From Candidatus Woesearchaeota archaeon (GTDB lineage: Archaea; Nanobdellota; Nanobdellia; Pacearchaeales; GW2011-AR1), in NCBI GenBank assembly GCA_964354995.1, contig CAYHBQ010000001.1, positions 727-46,272 on the forward strand: a stretch of 45,546 bases of DNA, given 5' to 3'. How positions within the stretch are numbered: position 1 is the first letter of the stretch; every line of letters starts with the position of its first letter. Shown here in pieces: positions 1 through 7,645 of this stretch. Both the position numbers and the translations under genes were made by a program. Below the pieces are notes generated by a model. The model was not told the DNA's origin and ran no database searches. It was given only the letters and a program-made list of their open reading frames with translations.

Positions 1-363
1 CTCAATGCCGAGGGGCTGCATCAAAAAAGAAAGATTTTCATTGAGGAAGTTGTAATATTTGAAAATCGCGAGTACTCCAACGTTCGAAAGAATACTCGCA
101 ACAAGAAAAAGTTTTCTCCGTTTTCCCGAGCTTTTTTCAATTAAAATTCCTGCAACATAATCTACACAGATGGTAAATCCCAGTATGAGGATATAAATCG
201 GGACAAAAGACATATAGAAATAAGCACTTGCGATAAGAAGAAGGAACCAACGATATTTATGGGGGATCGAAAAGTAGAGGGTAAGCACTAGAATAAAGAA
301 GACTGCGAACTGAATCGAGTTGAATATAAGATACCCTGAAAAAAGGGATTCCCATCCGACCAT
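1..363 (-). CDS. MBOAT-family membrane O-acyltransferase (AlgI/DltB-like), N-terminal part; gene continues beyond window start
   Basis: Own translation of the minus strand from ATG (363..361): MVGWESLFSGYLIFNSIQFAVFFILVLTLYFSIPHKYRWFLLLIASAYFY...LAIFKYYNFLNENL. This is a typical AlgI/MBOAT N-terminus. It is absent from the ORF track because no stop falls in the window. Confidence 0.75.
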   Translation of the reverse strand, partial: MVGWESLFSGYLIFNSIQFAVFFILVLTLYFSIPHKYRWFLLLIASAYFYMSFVPIYILILGFTICVDYVAGILIEKSSGKRRKLFLVASILSNVGVLAIFKYYNFLNENLSFLMQPLGIE

Positions 364-460
364 AATTCCTAGGGGCAGTTAGTCCCTTTTTAATACTTGC
401 GAGTCGAGTAAATAACGTCTTAAACAAGATTTATATAAGCACAGGTTTCCTTAGCAGAAG

Positions 461-3184
461 ATGGAAAACCTTTCTGTATCGTCAGAAGAACGGCTCATTG
501 GAGCACGAAAAGAGAAAATCATTTCATTTGCAAAACGGAATGTTTCTGCAATAGGGTATGTGTTTCTTGCCTTAGTGGTTTTTATAGCAATCAAAATTCG
601 CACGGCAAATCTTCCCGGGCTCAAGGATATAACCACGGGAGATTGGACACTTGGTCCTGATTTGGACCCTTTCTTGTTTCTTCGCTGGGCTAAATATATA
701 GTAGAAAACGGCAGCCTTATGGTCTTGGATACCATGCGATACGTCCCTCTCGGATTTGACACGTCTTACGAATTAAATCTTCACGTCTATCTGATGGTCT
801 GGTTTGATAAAATTGCCAGCCTATTCGGTTCGACTTCAATAACTCACTCTGCGGTCCTCTATCCTGTTTTCATGTTTGCGCTTTCAGTAATCGCTTTCTT
901 TTTCATGACGAGGATAATCTTCTTAAAACATATGGGCAAGTCATGGGCCACAACATCTGCGGTTATAGCCTCATTTTTGTTAACCGTCACTCCCGCATTG
1001 TTGCCCCGAACTATTGCAGGTATTCCTGAAAAAGAAGCAAGCGGAATTCTATTCTTATTTCTCGCATTCTATTTTTTCATGGCAGGTTGGGATGCGAAGA
1101 ATAAGACGTATAAGTATATCTTAGGTTTTCTCGCAGGGGCATCGACAGCGGTTATGGGTCTTGTGTGGGGGGGGTATCTGTACATCCTCATAACTATCGG
1201 GCCTCTTATCTTTTTTTCATTCGCATTAGGACAAATGGATCGAGACAGGAAATATTTCTACGCGACGTGGCTTGCCACCACCATGATTATTCTAGTCATA
1301 GGAACTAAACGATATCCTTTGTCGGAATTACTTTCTTCAACGACAACGCTCCCTGCTGTTTTCATGTTAGTGGTCCTCATCGTGGATTCGCTTATCCACG
1401 AAACCAGTCTGATGCGCCGAATGCCTCCCTATCGAATTTTTAATCTCCCTTCACCATTGCTTTCGCTTATTATCACTGTAGGGCTTGGTCTACTCTTTGC
1501 ACTCGTCTTTTTTGGGCCGGATTATATAGTCCACAACGTACTCGCCCTCAAAAAGTTTCTCATCACAACGGGAACTGACAGAGTAAGCGTTACGGTCGCA
1601 GAAAACAGACAGCCTTATTTCACGGAATGGGCTGCCAGCTTCGGACCCTTCTTTGCAAACTTCCCCTTGCTCTTCTGGATGTTTTTTGCGGGCTCAATCG
1701 TCGCGTTTTATCATGCAATCGCCTCATTCGACAAAAAATCTCGCATAATAATGACTGCAGCGTTTACATTTATGCTCATTTCGTTAGCCTTCAGCAGGTA
1801 CTCGCCTACAAGTCTTTTTAATGGGACCAATTTTGCAAGTCTCGCCTTCTACGCATTAGGTCTTCTCGTCTTTTTGGTGATTGGAGGAAAATACTACCTC
1901 AAGTATCATTCTACAAACGAACCCGATCGATTACGTAACGTTAATTTCAATTTCATGCTCTTACTCTGCTTCTTTGTTATCAGCATACTTTCGGCAAGAG
2001 GGGGCGTCAGACTCATCATGATGCTTGTGCCTGCCGCGTCAATATTGGGAGCATATATTGTGGTGGAAGTAGCACGCTGGACTCATGCATCTTATAAGTC
2101 CAAGTCTTCTTCAAAATATGTTTCAGCGTTTTGCGCTGCGCTTCTAATCTTGAGCCTATGCTTCGCGGGATATTCTTTTTATAACGCCTCGATGATATCT
2201 GCCCAAGGGTATATTCCCAGCATTTATACCCAGCAATGGCAAAAAGCAATGGCTTGGACACGAGACAATATCTCACAGGAGGCAGTCTTTGGCCATTGGT
2301 GGGACTATGGCTATTGGGTCCAAAGCATAGGCGAGCGCGCAACCGTTCTCGACGGAGGAAATGCAAAAGCGTACTGGAATCACATGATGGGAAGATATGC
2401 GCTCACGGGCCCGAATAATGAACAGGCGCTAGAATTCTTGTACGCCCACAAAACGACCCATTTTCTTATTGACCCTACCGATATTGGCAAGTACGGGGCT
2501 TTCTCAAGCATAGGTTCAGACAAAAATTATGATCGAACTAGCTTTATATCGACGTTCAATAAAGACCCAAATCAAGTTCTCGAAAAAAAGAATTCAACTG
2601 TTTTTGTTTATGTAGGTGGAATTCCAACCGATGATGATATCTTTTACATTCTCAACGGCACGCAAATCTTCTTACCAAAAGGGAACGCAGCACTCGGTGC
2701 GATTCTTCTAGAAAAAGATTCTACTACGGGAGAACTTACTCGTGCGCCTGACGCCGTTTTCATTTACAAAGGGAACCAGTATCTTATCCCCCTAAGGTAC
2801 ACATTTGATGAAAAACTAACTGACTTTAAGGAAGGACTGGATGCAGGCATATTTATCATGCCTCGACTCGTTAGTGGTACGAATGGACTCCAGATTCAAG
2901 ACGAAGGTTCACTTCTTTACCTCAGCAACCGCACAGTACATTCGCAGTTCGCACGTCTTTATCTATTCCAAGAAGAGAACGGCTTTTTCGAGCTCGTGCA
3001 TTCAGAAGATGACCCTCTCGTGACACAACTAAGGTTGAGTGTCCCCGATTTCAAGGGAGACTTTGTTAACTATGATACGGTGCGTGGCCCCATACGCATA
3101 TGGGAAATTAATTACCCTGCCGATATGACGGTCAAGAGCGAATACCTCTCGGAAGAATGGCCTGCAGAACTCTTCAGAACATAA
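461..3184 (+). CDS. aglB: Archaeal oligosaccharyltransferase AglB (STT3 family, GT-C)
   Basis: 907 aa with a multi-TM N-terminal half. Carries the diagnostic WWDYGYW motif (FGHWWDYGYWVQ) and a DxxK-like DIGK downstream. A TATA-like TTTATATA lies at 430..437. Confidence 0.9.
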   Translation: MENLSVSSEERLIGARKEKIISFAKRNVSAIGYVFLALVVFIAIKIRTANLPGLKDITTGDWTLGPDLDPFLFLRWAKYIVENGSLMVLDTMRYVPLGFDTSYELNLHVYLMVWFDKIASLFGSTSITHSAVLYPVFMFALSVIAFFFMTRIIFLKHMGKSWATTSAVIASFLLTVTPALLPRTIAGIPEKEASGILFLFLAFYFFMAGWDAKNKTYKYILGFLAGASTAVMGLVWGGYLYILITIGPLIFFSFALGQMDRDRKYFYATWLATTMIILVIGTKRYPLSELLSSTTTLPAVFMLVVLIVDSLIHETSLMRRMPPYRIFNLPSPLLSLIITVGLGLLFALVFFGPDYIVHNVLALKKFLITTGTDRVSVTVAENRQPYFTEWAASFGPFFANFPLLFWMFFAGSIVAFYHAIASFDKKSRIIMTAAFTFMLISLAFSRYSPTSLFNGTNFASLAFYALGLLVFLVIGGKYYLKYHSTNEPDRLRNVNFNFMLLLCFFVISILSARGGVRLIMMLVPAASILGAYIVVEVARWTHASYKSKSSSKYVSAFCAALLILSLCFAGYSFYNASMISAQGYIPSIYTQQWQKAMAWTRDNISQEAVFGHWWDYGYWVQSIGERATVLDGGNAKAYWNHMMGRYALTGPNNEQALEFLYAHKTTHFLIDPTDIGKYGAFSSIGSDKNYDRTSFISTFNKDPNQVLEKKNSTVFVYVGGIPTDDDIFYILNGTQIFLPKGNAALGAILLEKDSTTGELTRAPDAVFIYKGNQYLIPLRYTFDEKLTDFKEGLDAGIFIMPRLVSGTNGLQIQDEGSLLYLSNRTVHSQFARLYLFQEENGFFELVHSEDDPLVTQLRLSVPDFKGDFVNYDTVRGPIRIWEINYPADMTVKSEYLSEEWPAELFRT

Positions 3185-3223
3185 CTCCGACCTCTTTAAA
3201 AAGAAAGAAAGGCTACAAGTCCT

Positions 3224-4351
3224 ATGAAAATACTTGAATTAACGACCTATAGCGCAGGCGGTTGCGGAGTCTGGGCGCGCGTTTATAGGGAAGCTCAATT
3301 TTTCGCAGAACAGGGTCACCGAGTAGAAGTATTCTCGTCGGATTATATCAAAGGATCAAATGACCGAGCCCCTCGTCAAGAAAAAAGAGGAAGCGTTTTA
3401 ATAACGCGTTTTCCAGGCGTCAAACTGGGAGGTGAAAGTTTTACCTACTGGAACTTCAGACGCGAAGCACTAACGTATAAACCCGAAGTTATTATCGCCC
3501 ACGCCTATCGTCATACCCACACGACAAAAGCGCTTTCTATAGGGAAACAGTTAGGGATTCCTGTTTTTTTGGTCACCCATGCCCCCTTCGATAGGGCCAC
3601 AACTCGTTCGCGGTTAGCTAAAGTTGCCGTATTTGTATATGACTATTGCATAGGAAAGAGAACGCTTCCCCAATTCACAAAAGTAATTGCGATTACGCAC
3701 TGGGAAGTGCCCTTTCTTAGGAAGTTAGGTCTTATCGATAAAAAAATCGCGTATGTGCCCAACGGATTACCCGAGGAGTTTTTCACACCCTTGAAGAAAG
3801 GAGGAAAGGGAATCGTGTATACGGGCAGAATGGCCCCCATAAAAAATCTCGAGACCATCAGCAGCGCACTCTCTGTTCTACTATCTGAACAGGAAACTCT
3901 TCCTTCGGTTGTCTTTTTTGGCCCGGCAGAAAAAGAATATCTGGCCGCATTGCAAAATAGAATAAAAATCGATGGGTCAGAGATAACTATAATCAACAAG
4001 ACTTTCGGTCCAAGAGAACAGATTAACGAACTCGAAAAACGCGAAATCTTTATCCTTCCTTCTCTAAGCGAAGGGTTACCCCAATCTCTCTTAGAGGCGA
4101 TGGCTCGCGGAAAAATCGTCCTCGCCAGCAATAATAAAGGGAATAAAGATGTTATCAAAGATGGAAAAAACGGTTTTCTATTTCCTGTGGGGGATAAGAA
4201 ACGTCTTGCAGAACGCATTAAGTATATCACCCTTCTTTCTCAAAAGGGGAAAGAGAAAATAAAAAAATCTGCGCGTATAACTGCTGAGAACTATCGTTGG
4301 AAAGTGCTTGGAAACCGATTTTTATCGCTGATTAAGCTACATACGAAGTAG
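3224..4351 (+). CDS. Glycosyltransferase family 4 (GT-B, GT1/GT4 type)
   Basis: 375 aa with C-terminal EGLPQSLLEAMARGKIVLASN (E-x7-E type motif of GT4 enzymes). TTTAAAAA at 3195..3202 lies 21 nt before the ATG. Confidence 0.85.
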   Translation: MKILELTTYSAGGCGVWARVYREAQFFAEQGHRVEVFSSDYIKGSNDRAPRQEKRGSVLITRFPGVKLGGESFTYWNFRREALTYKPEVIIAHAYRHTHTTKALSIGKQLGIPVFLVTHAPFDRATTRSRLAKVAVFVYDYCIGKRTLPQFTKVIAITHWEVPFLRKLGLIDKKIAYVPNGLPEEFFTPLKKGGKGIVYTGRMAPIKNLETISSALSVLLSEQETLPSVVFFGPAEKEYLAALQNRIKIDGSEITIINKTFGPREQINELEKREIFILPSLSEGLPQSLLEAMARGKIVLASNNKGNKDVIKDGKNGFLFPVGDKKRLAERIKYITLLSQKGKEKIKKSARITAENYRWKVLGNRFLSLIKLHTK

Positions 4352-5018
4352 GATCGGGAATATTCGCCCAGTAAAATCCATGTTTGCGCAAGGCGCATGC
4401 CAAGCACGCCCCGCACTGGTACGTTCCCTCAGCATAACAACTCCAGGTCTTTTCAAAGTTAACACCCAGAAGCGCACCTTTGGATATGATATCTTCTTTA
4501 TTGGACTTAAGGAAAGGTGCACGAGTCACGAAGGGGGCTGCGCAAATGTCTCGTGTTAGTAAATTAATATCCTTCAGAAACAAGGTTCCTGCATCAGGGT
4601 AACTGTCACTTCCTTCGGCACCAAACCCGACAAATATATCACTTTTCACATGGGATGTTGTGTAGTCTTCTTCTGCAAGCGAAAGCGCATGAGCCATAAA
4701 GAGGAGATTCCTACAGGGCACATACCACTGTTTGCTTATACCCTTTGTATCTTTAAGTTCCTCTTTTCCCACCGAGCTGAAACGAGCTCGCGGTTTATGA
4801 ATAAGGGCGCTCGTTTTTAGATTAATTCGGACAAGCTTCAGTTCACACCCTAACTGACGAGCGTGATAAGACGCACAATTTTTTTCATGCGCCCACCCAT
4901 TCTGACCATAATCAAAAAAGAGCAAGAGCACTTTATCATAGTTCATTTTCTTTCGAACAAGGTACGCAGTGACCACACTATCTATTCCTCCAGAACAAAG
5001 AACCAATGCCTGTTCCAT
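4332..5018 (-). CDS. queC: 7-cyano-7-deazaguanine synthase QueC (PP-loop ATPase)
   Basis: MEQALVLCSGGIDSVV (SGGxDS PP-loop), FDYGQ, VPCRNLLF, YPD, and a C-terminal Zn cluster SCY...CGACLACALRKHGF. The start was moved to the ATG at 5018; the 62-aa upstream extension in the track has no support and would cover the promoter. Confidence 0.8.
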   Translation of the reverse strand: MEQALVLCSGGIDSVVTAYLVRKKMNYDKVLLLFFDYGQNGWAHEKNCASYHARQLGCELKLVRINLKTSALIHKPRARFSSVGKEELKDTKGISKQWYVPCRNLLFMAHALSLAEEDYTTSHVKSDIFVGFGAEGSDSYPDAGTLFLKDINLLTRDICAAPFVTRAPFLKSNKEDIISKGALLGVNFEKTWSCYAEGTYQCGACLACALRKHGFYWANIPDPTSYVA

Positions 5019-5039
5019 ATGTAACAAAAGGAAACAATC

Positions 5040-5047
5040 TTTATAAG
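5040..5047. promoter_or_regulatory. Shared bidirectional TATA box between queC (-) and the mini-aIF5A ORF (+)
   Basis: TTTATAAG sits at the centre of a 49-nt divergent intergenic region, about 25 nt from both start codons (5018 and 5068). Confidence 0.5.
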
Positions 5048-5067
5048 CCTGTAGACGTACTAGTTCC

Positions 5068-5262
5068 ATGAAGAAAAAAGCCAGTGAGATACGGGTAGGC
5101 GACTCGCTTATAGTCGGTGGCGAACACCTTAAGGTGTTGACGTGTGAGCTGTCAGAAACGAGTAAGCAAGGCGCGAAAAAATGTCGTCTCGAAGCACAAC
5201 GCACATCGGGAGAAAAAGTGGTTCTTATTCGTCCTGCAGATTACCCGCTTGAAGTCGCATGA
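5068..5262 (+). CDS. Stand-alone aIF5A N-terminal (SH3/KOW-like) domain paralogue, 64 aa
   Basis: Aligns end to end, about 40% identity by eye, with residues 8-67 of the aIF5A at 41888..42277 (VGGE, S-x-T-x-K-x-G-A-x-K-C-R-x-E-A). The stop overlaps the next ATG (ATGA at 5259..5262). Confidence 0.55.
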   Translation: MKKKASEIRVGDSLIVGGEHLKVLTCELSETSKQGAKKCRLEAQRTSGEKVVLIRPADYPLEVA

Positions 5263-6176
5263 TTGATGTTATTCTTACCTCTTATAACGAACCAAAGGCC
5301 ACATGCAAGGCCCTTGAATCTATTTTGGAACAGTCTGCAAGAAAAGATTTACAAGTCATTGTAGTCGACCCGTTTCCAGAAACTGAAGTTTTTCTAAAAT
5401 CTCAAATAAAAGATGCTCGATGGTCTTTTTTTCTCGACCCCGGGGAAGGAAAGGGATTCGCACTTAATATGCTCTTTCAGGAGCGAGCATCAAGCAACCC
5501 CCATGATATTTTTATTATGACTGACGGAGACGTCTTTCTTGACAAGGGGGCCATCGAGGCGATTATCACTGCGTTCAAGGATAAACGTGTCGGTTGTGTC
5601 GCAGGACATTCCGCGCCGCTCGAATCAAGAGAAACAATGTATGGATATTGGGCGCATCTGTTTATGGAGGGTATTGATAGAGTACGAGAGGGCTTCTCAA
5701 AAAGAAAGGTTTTTTTCGAGTGTTCGGGATATCTCTTTGCAATAAGAAAAGGAATCTTACTTGATTTCCCTACAGAGACCTCAGAAGACAGCGTAATTCC
5801 CTATCTTATCTGGAAAAAAGGACATCAAATAGCGTACGCGCAGAGGGCGCTCGTGTACGTGAAGAACCCAGAAAACTGGGCCGATTGGATTGCTCAGAAG
5901 GTTCGAAATATAAAAGCGCACGAAAGACTAAAAGAAATCGCTCCCGATATGCCTCGCACAAAGAGTTTTCTTAACGAAGTGAAACTTGGCACTCTTTTTG
6001 CATTGAAGTACCCAAAGACGGTTCGTGAACTATGGTGGACACTATGCTCTTTTGGTGCACGCCTCTATATCTACAAGAAAGCGTTCTCAGAAATGAAAAA
6101 AGGAAAGAAATACACCGATGGCTGGAGAGGAGAAGCCCTCACACATTCAACTAATCCTCTATCCGAGCATTCTTAA
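5259..6176 (+). CDS. Glycosyltransferase family 2 (GT-A)
   Basis: MIDVILTSYNEPKATCKALESILEQ N-terminus, then TDGD (DxD-like). 305 aa. Confidence 0.8.
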   Translation: MIDVILTSYNEPKATCKALESILEQSARKDLQVIVVDPFPETEVFLKSQIKDARWSFFLDPGEGKGFALNMLFQERASSNPHDIFIMTDGDVFLDKGAIEAIITAFKDKRVGCVAGHSAPLESRETMYGYWAHLFMEGIDRVREGFSKRKVFFECSGYLFAIRKGILLDFPTETSEDSVIPYLIWKKGHQIAYAQRALVYVKNPENWADWIAQKVRNIKAHERLKEIAPDMPRTKSFLNEVKLGTLFALKYPKTVRELWWTLCSFGARLYIYKKAFSEMKKGKKYTDGWRGEALTHSTNPLSEHS

Positions 6177-6573
6177 AAGAATTTAATCGGTCGCGCAACG
6201 CTTCCTCTGTGTTCACAATATCAACGGAAGAAAGAAGGATGGGGCTCAAGTAATCGACTGCTTCTTCGAGAGGCTCGTCGGTCTTCAATCCAATACACGG
6301 GATTCCTTGTGCATAAGCAAATCCTAGCTCCCATGCGGTTCCTGCGCCAACATGTAATCCTTCAAGCAACGCAACAACCACATCACATGTGCGCAAGCCT
6401 TCGAAAATATCTTTGTGAAATATAGCCTCTGCATTTTTTATTTCATAAAAGAGACCAACCTCACGATGAGGAAGGAATGTTTCAAACCCAAGGTTTTCAC
6501 ATAAGGCCGCAATTTCATTAAGCGATTCTCTTTCTGAACTCGTACTGAGCTTTCCCGCGATATAAATCCGCAT
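6151..6573 (-). CDS. Nucleoside 2-deoxyribosyltransferase-like protein (PF05014-like Rossmann fold)
   Basis: MRIYIAGKL...GAGTAWELGFAYAQGIPCIGL matches the NDT-family pattern (IY.AG ... G T.fE.G.A.a.g.P). The start was set at the ATG at 6573; the track extension overlaps the promoter. Confidence 0.6.
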   Translation of the reverse strand: MRIYIAGKLSTSSERESLNEIAALCENLGFETFLPHREVGLFYEIKNAEAIFHKDIFEGLRTCDVVVALLEGLHVGAGTAWELGFAYAQGIPCIGLKTDEPLEEAVDYLSPILLSSVDIVNTEEALRDRLNSFKNARIED

Positions 6574-6593
6574 GCAAGGAAGAAGGCCAATAG

Positions 6594-6601
6594 TTTTAAA
6601 A
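6594..6601. promoter_or_regulatory. Shared bidirectional TATA box between the NDT-like gene (-) and GT9 (+)
   Basis: Palindromic TTTTAAAA sits in the middle of a 49-nt divergent spacer, 21 nt before the ATG at 6623 and 20 nt from the ATG at 6573. Confidence 0.5.
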
Positions 6602-6622
6602 CATGATGGTCGTAGCTCAACC

Positions 6623-7621
6623 ATGCAAATAATAGTGATAAAATTGGGGGCGGCAGGAGACGTTTTAAGGACGCTCCCTCTGATGCGAGCTATACGAGAT
6701 GCCCACACAGGAGCAGAAGTTACACTTGTTACAAAAGAGGATATTGTAGAACTGGTTAAGGGAATCGATTACATACATCATGTCAAAACAATCCCCTTGC
6801 GCGCAGGCTTAGAGGCAGACATGCTCTATAACTTTGATACTGATGAAATTGCACTTGAAATAGCAACACACACTCCCGCAAAAAGGAAATATGGTTTTTA
6901 TGCGCTTGATGGGTATCCGGCCGCATACAACACGGGTGCAGAATATTACCTGAACACTATATTCGATGACGAATTAAAGAAAAAGAATACTCTAACTTAC
7001 CAGGAGATGATGTTTGCGGCTGCCGAACTACCGGTTACAAAAGAGGTTTATCATCTACCCATAGAATCCTCTGCCAAAAACTATGCGAACCGATTCGTCG
7101 AAAGCAGGCTCTCCGGAAGGGGACGCATAATAGGAATCCATATGGGCGCGTCATCTCGTTGGCCTTCAAAAGTTTGGTCATTATCATACGTTGAAGATTT
7201 TATAAAAAAGGCTTCGACACAGGGATATGAAACTATTCTTTTCGGGGGGCCAAACGAAATAAATGAGCATGAGTTACTTTCTAAAAAACTTGTTTCAGAA
7301 AACATACCCTTTGCGCGCAACAATCCCCAGAACTCTAAACAAGAATTCCTTGCGTTATTGGAAAAATGCGATGTAGTTATATGTTCTGACAGTTTTGCAC
7401 TTCACGCCGCAATCGGGCTGCAGAAAAAGATACTCGCTTTATTTTTTTGTACAAGCCCCAACGAACTCGAAGGTTATGGGCTGGTGACAAAGATAATTTC
7501 TCCTAAACTTTACGAGTTTTTCCCAGAAAAAAGCGATGTTTTTGATAAAGGGCTCGTTGAGAGCATATCCGTCGAACAGGTTTTAACCGAGCTTAAAAAA
7601 TTGGTACCTCCGAAGATATAA
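6623..7621 (+). CDS. Glycosyltransferase family 9 (heptosyltransferase-like)
   Basis: MQIIVIKLGAAGDVLRTLPLMRAI N-terminus and VVICSDSFALHAAIGLQKKILALF near the C-terminus. Both are typical of GT9 ADP-heptose transferases. Confidence 0.75.
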   Translation: MQIIVIKLGAAGDVLRTLPLMRAIRDAHTGAEVTLVTKEDIVELVKGIDYIHHVKTIPLRAGLEADMLYNFDTDEIALEIATHTPAKRKYGFYALDGYPAAYNTGAEYYLNTIFDDELKKKNTLTYQEMMFAAAELPVTKEVYHLPIESSAKNYANRFVESRLSGRGRIIGIHMGASSRWPSKVWSLSYVEDFIKKASTQGYETILFGGPNEINEHELLSKKLVSENIPFARNNPQNSKQEFLALLEKCDVVICSDSFALHAAIGLQKKILALFFCTSPNELEGYGLVTKIISPKLYEFFPEKSDVFDKGLVESISVEQVLTELKKLVPPKI

Positions 7622-7645
7622 ATAGGCAAAATCGTATGATAAAAA

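Noticed and set aside
451-762. 103-aa minus-strand ORF overlapping the aglB start
   Set aside because: It is antisense to the conserved AglB N-terminus and covers the aglB promoter. No motif was recognised.
3643-4230. 195-aa antisense ORF inside GT4. Similar antisense or alternative-frame ORFs occur at 16106..16540 in aglH, 25799..26263 in uL14, 43496..44023 in ftsZ, and 31441..31788.
   Set aside because: All lie fully within confidently assigned genes on the opposite strand. They have low-complexity or biased composition and no recognisable motifs.
4332-5018. QueC-like gene as part of a defence system (QatABCD, or CBASS-associated QueC/TGT/OGG)
   Set aside because: No QatA ATPase, QatB, TatD, TGT, cyclase or effector genes are nearby. 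The sequence keeps the canonical QueC motifs, so a housekeeping archaeosine-pathway role is more parsimonious.
4332-5204. 290-aa version of queC starting at 5204
   Set aside because: The first 62 residues have no QueC similarity. They would overlap the shared TATA box and the divergent mini-aIF5A gene. The ATG at 5018 fits the promoter spacing seen elsewhere in the window (about 21-22 nt).
6151-6708. Long N-terminal extensions of the NDT-like ORF (to 6708) and of GT9 (from 6572)
   Set aside because: The two extensions overlap each other across the promoter. The conserved N-termini (MRIYIAG, MQIIVIKLG) begin at ATGs placed symmetrically around TTTTAAAA.
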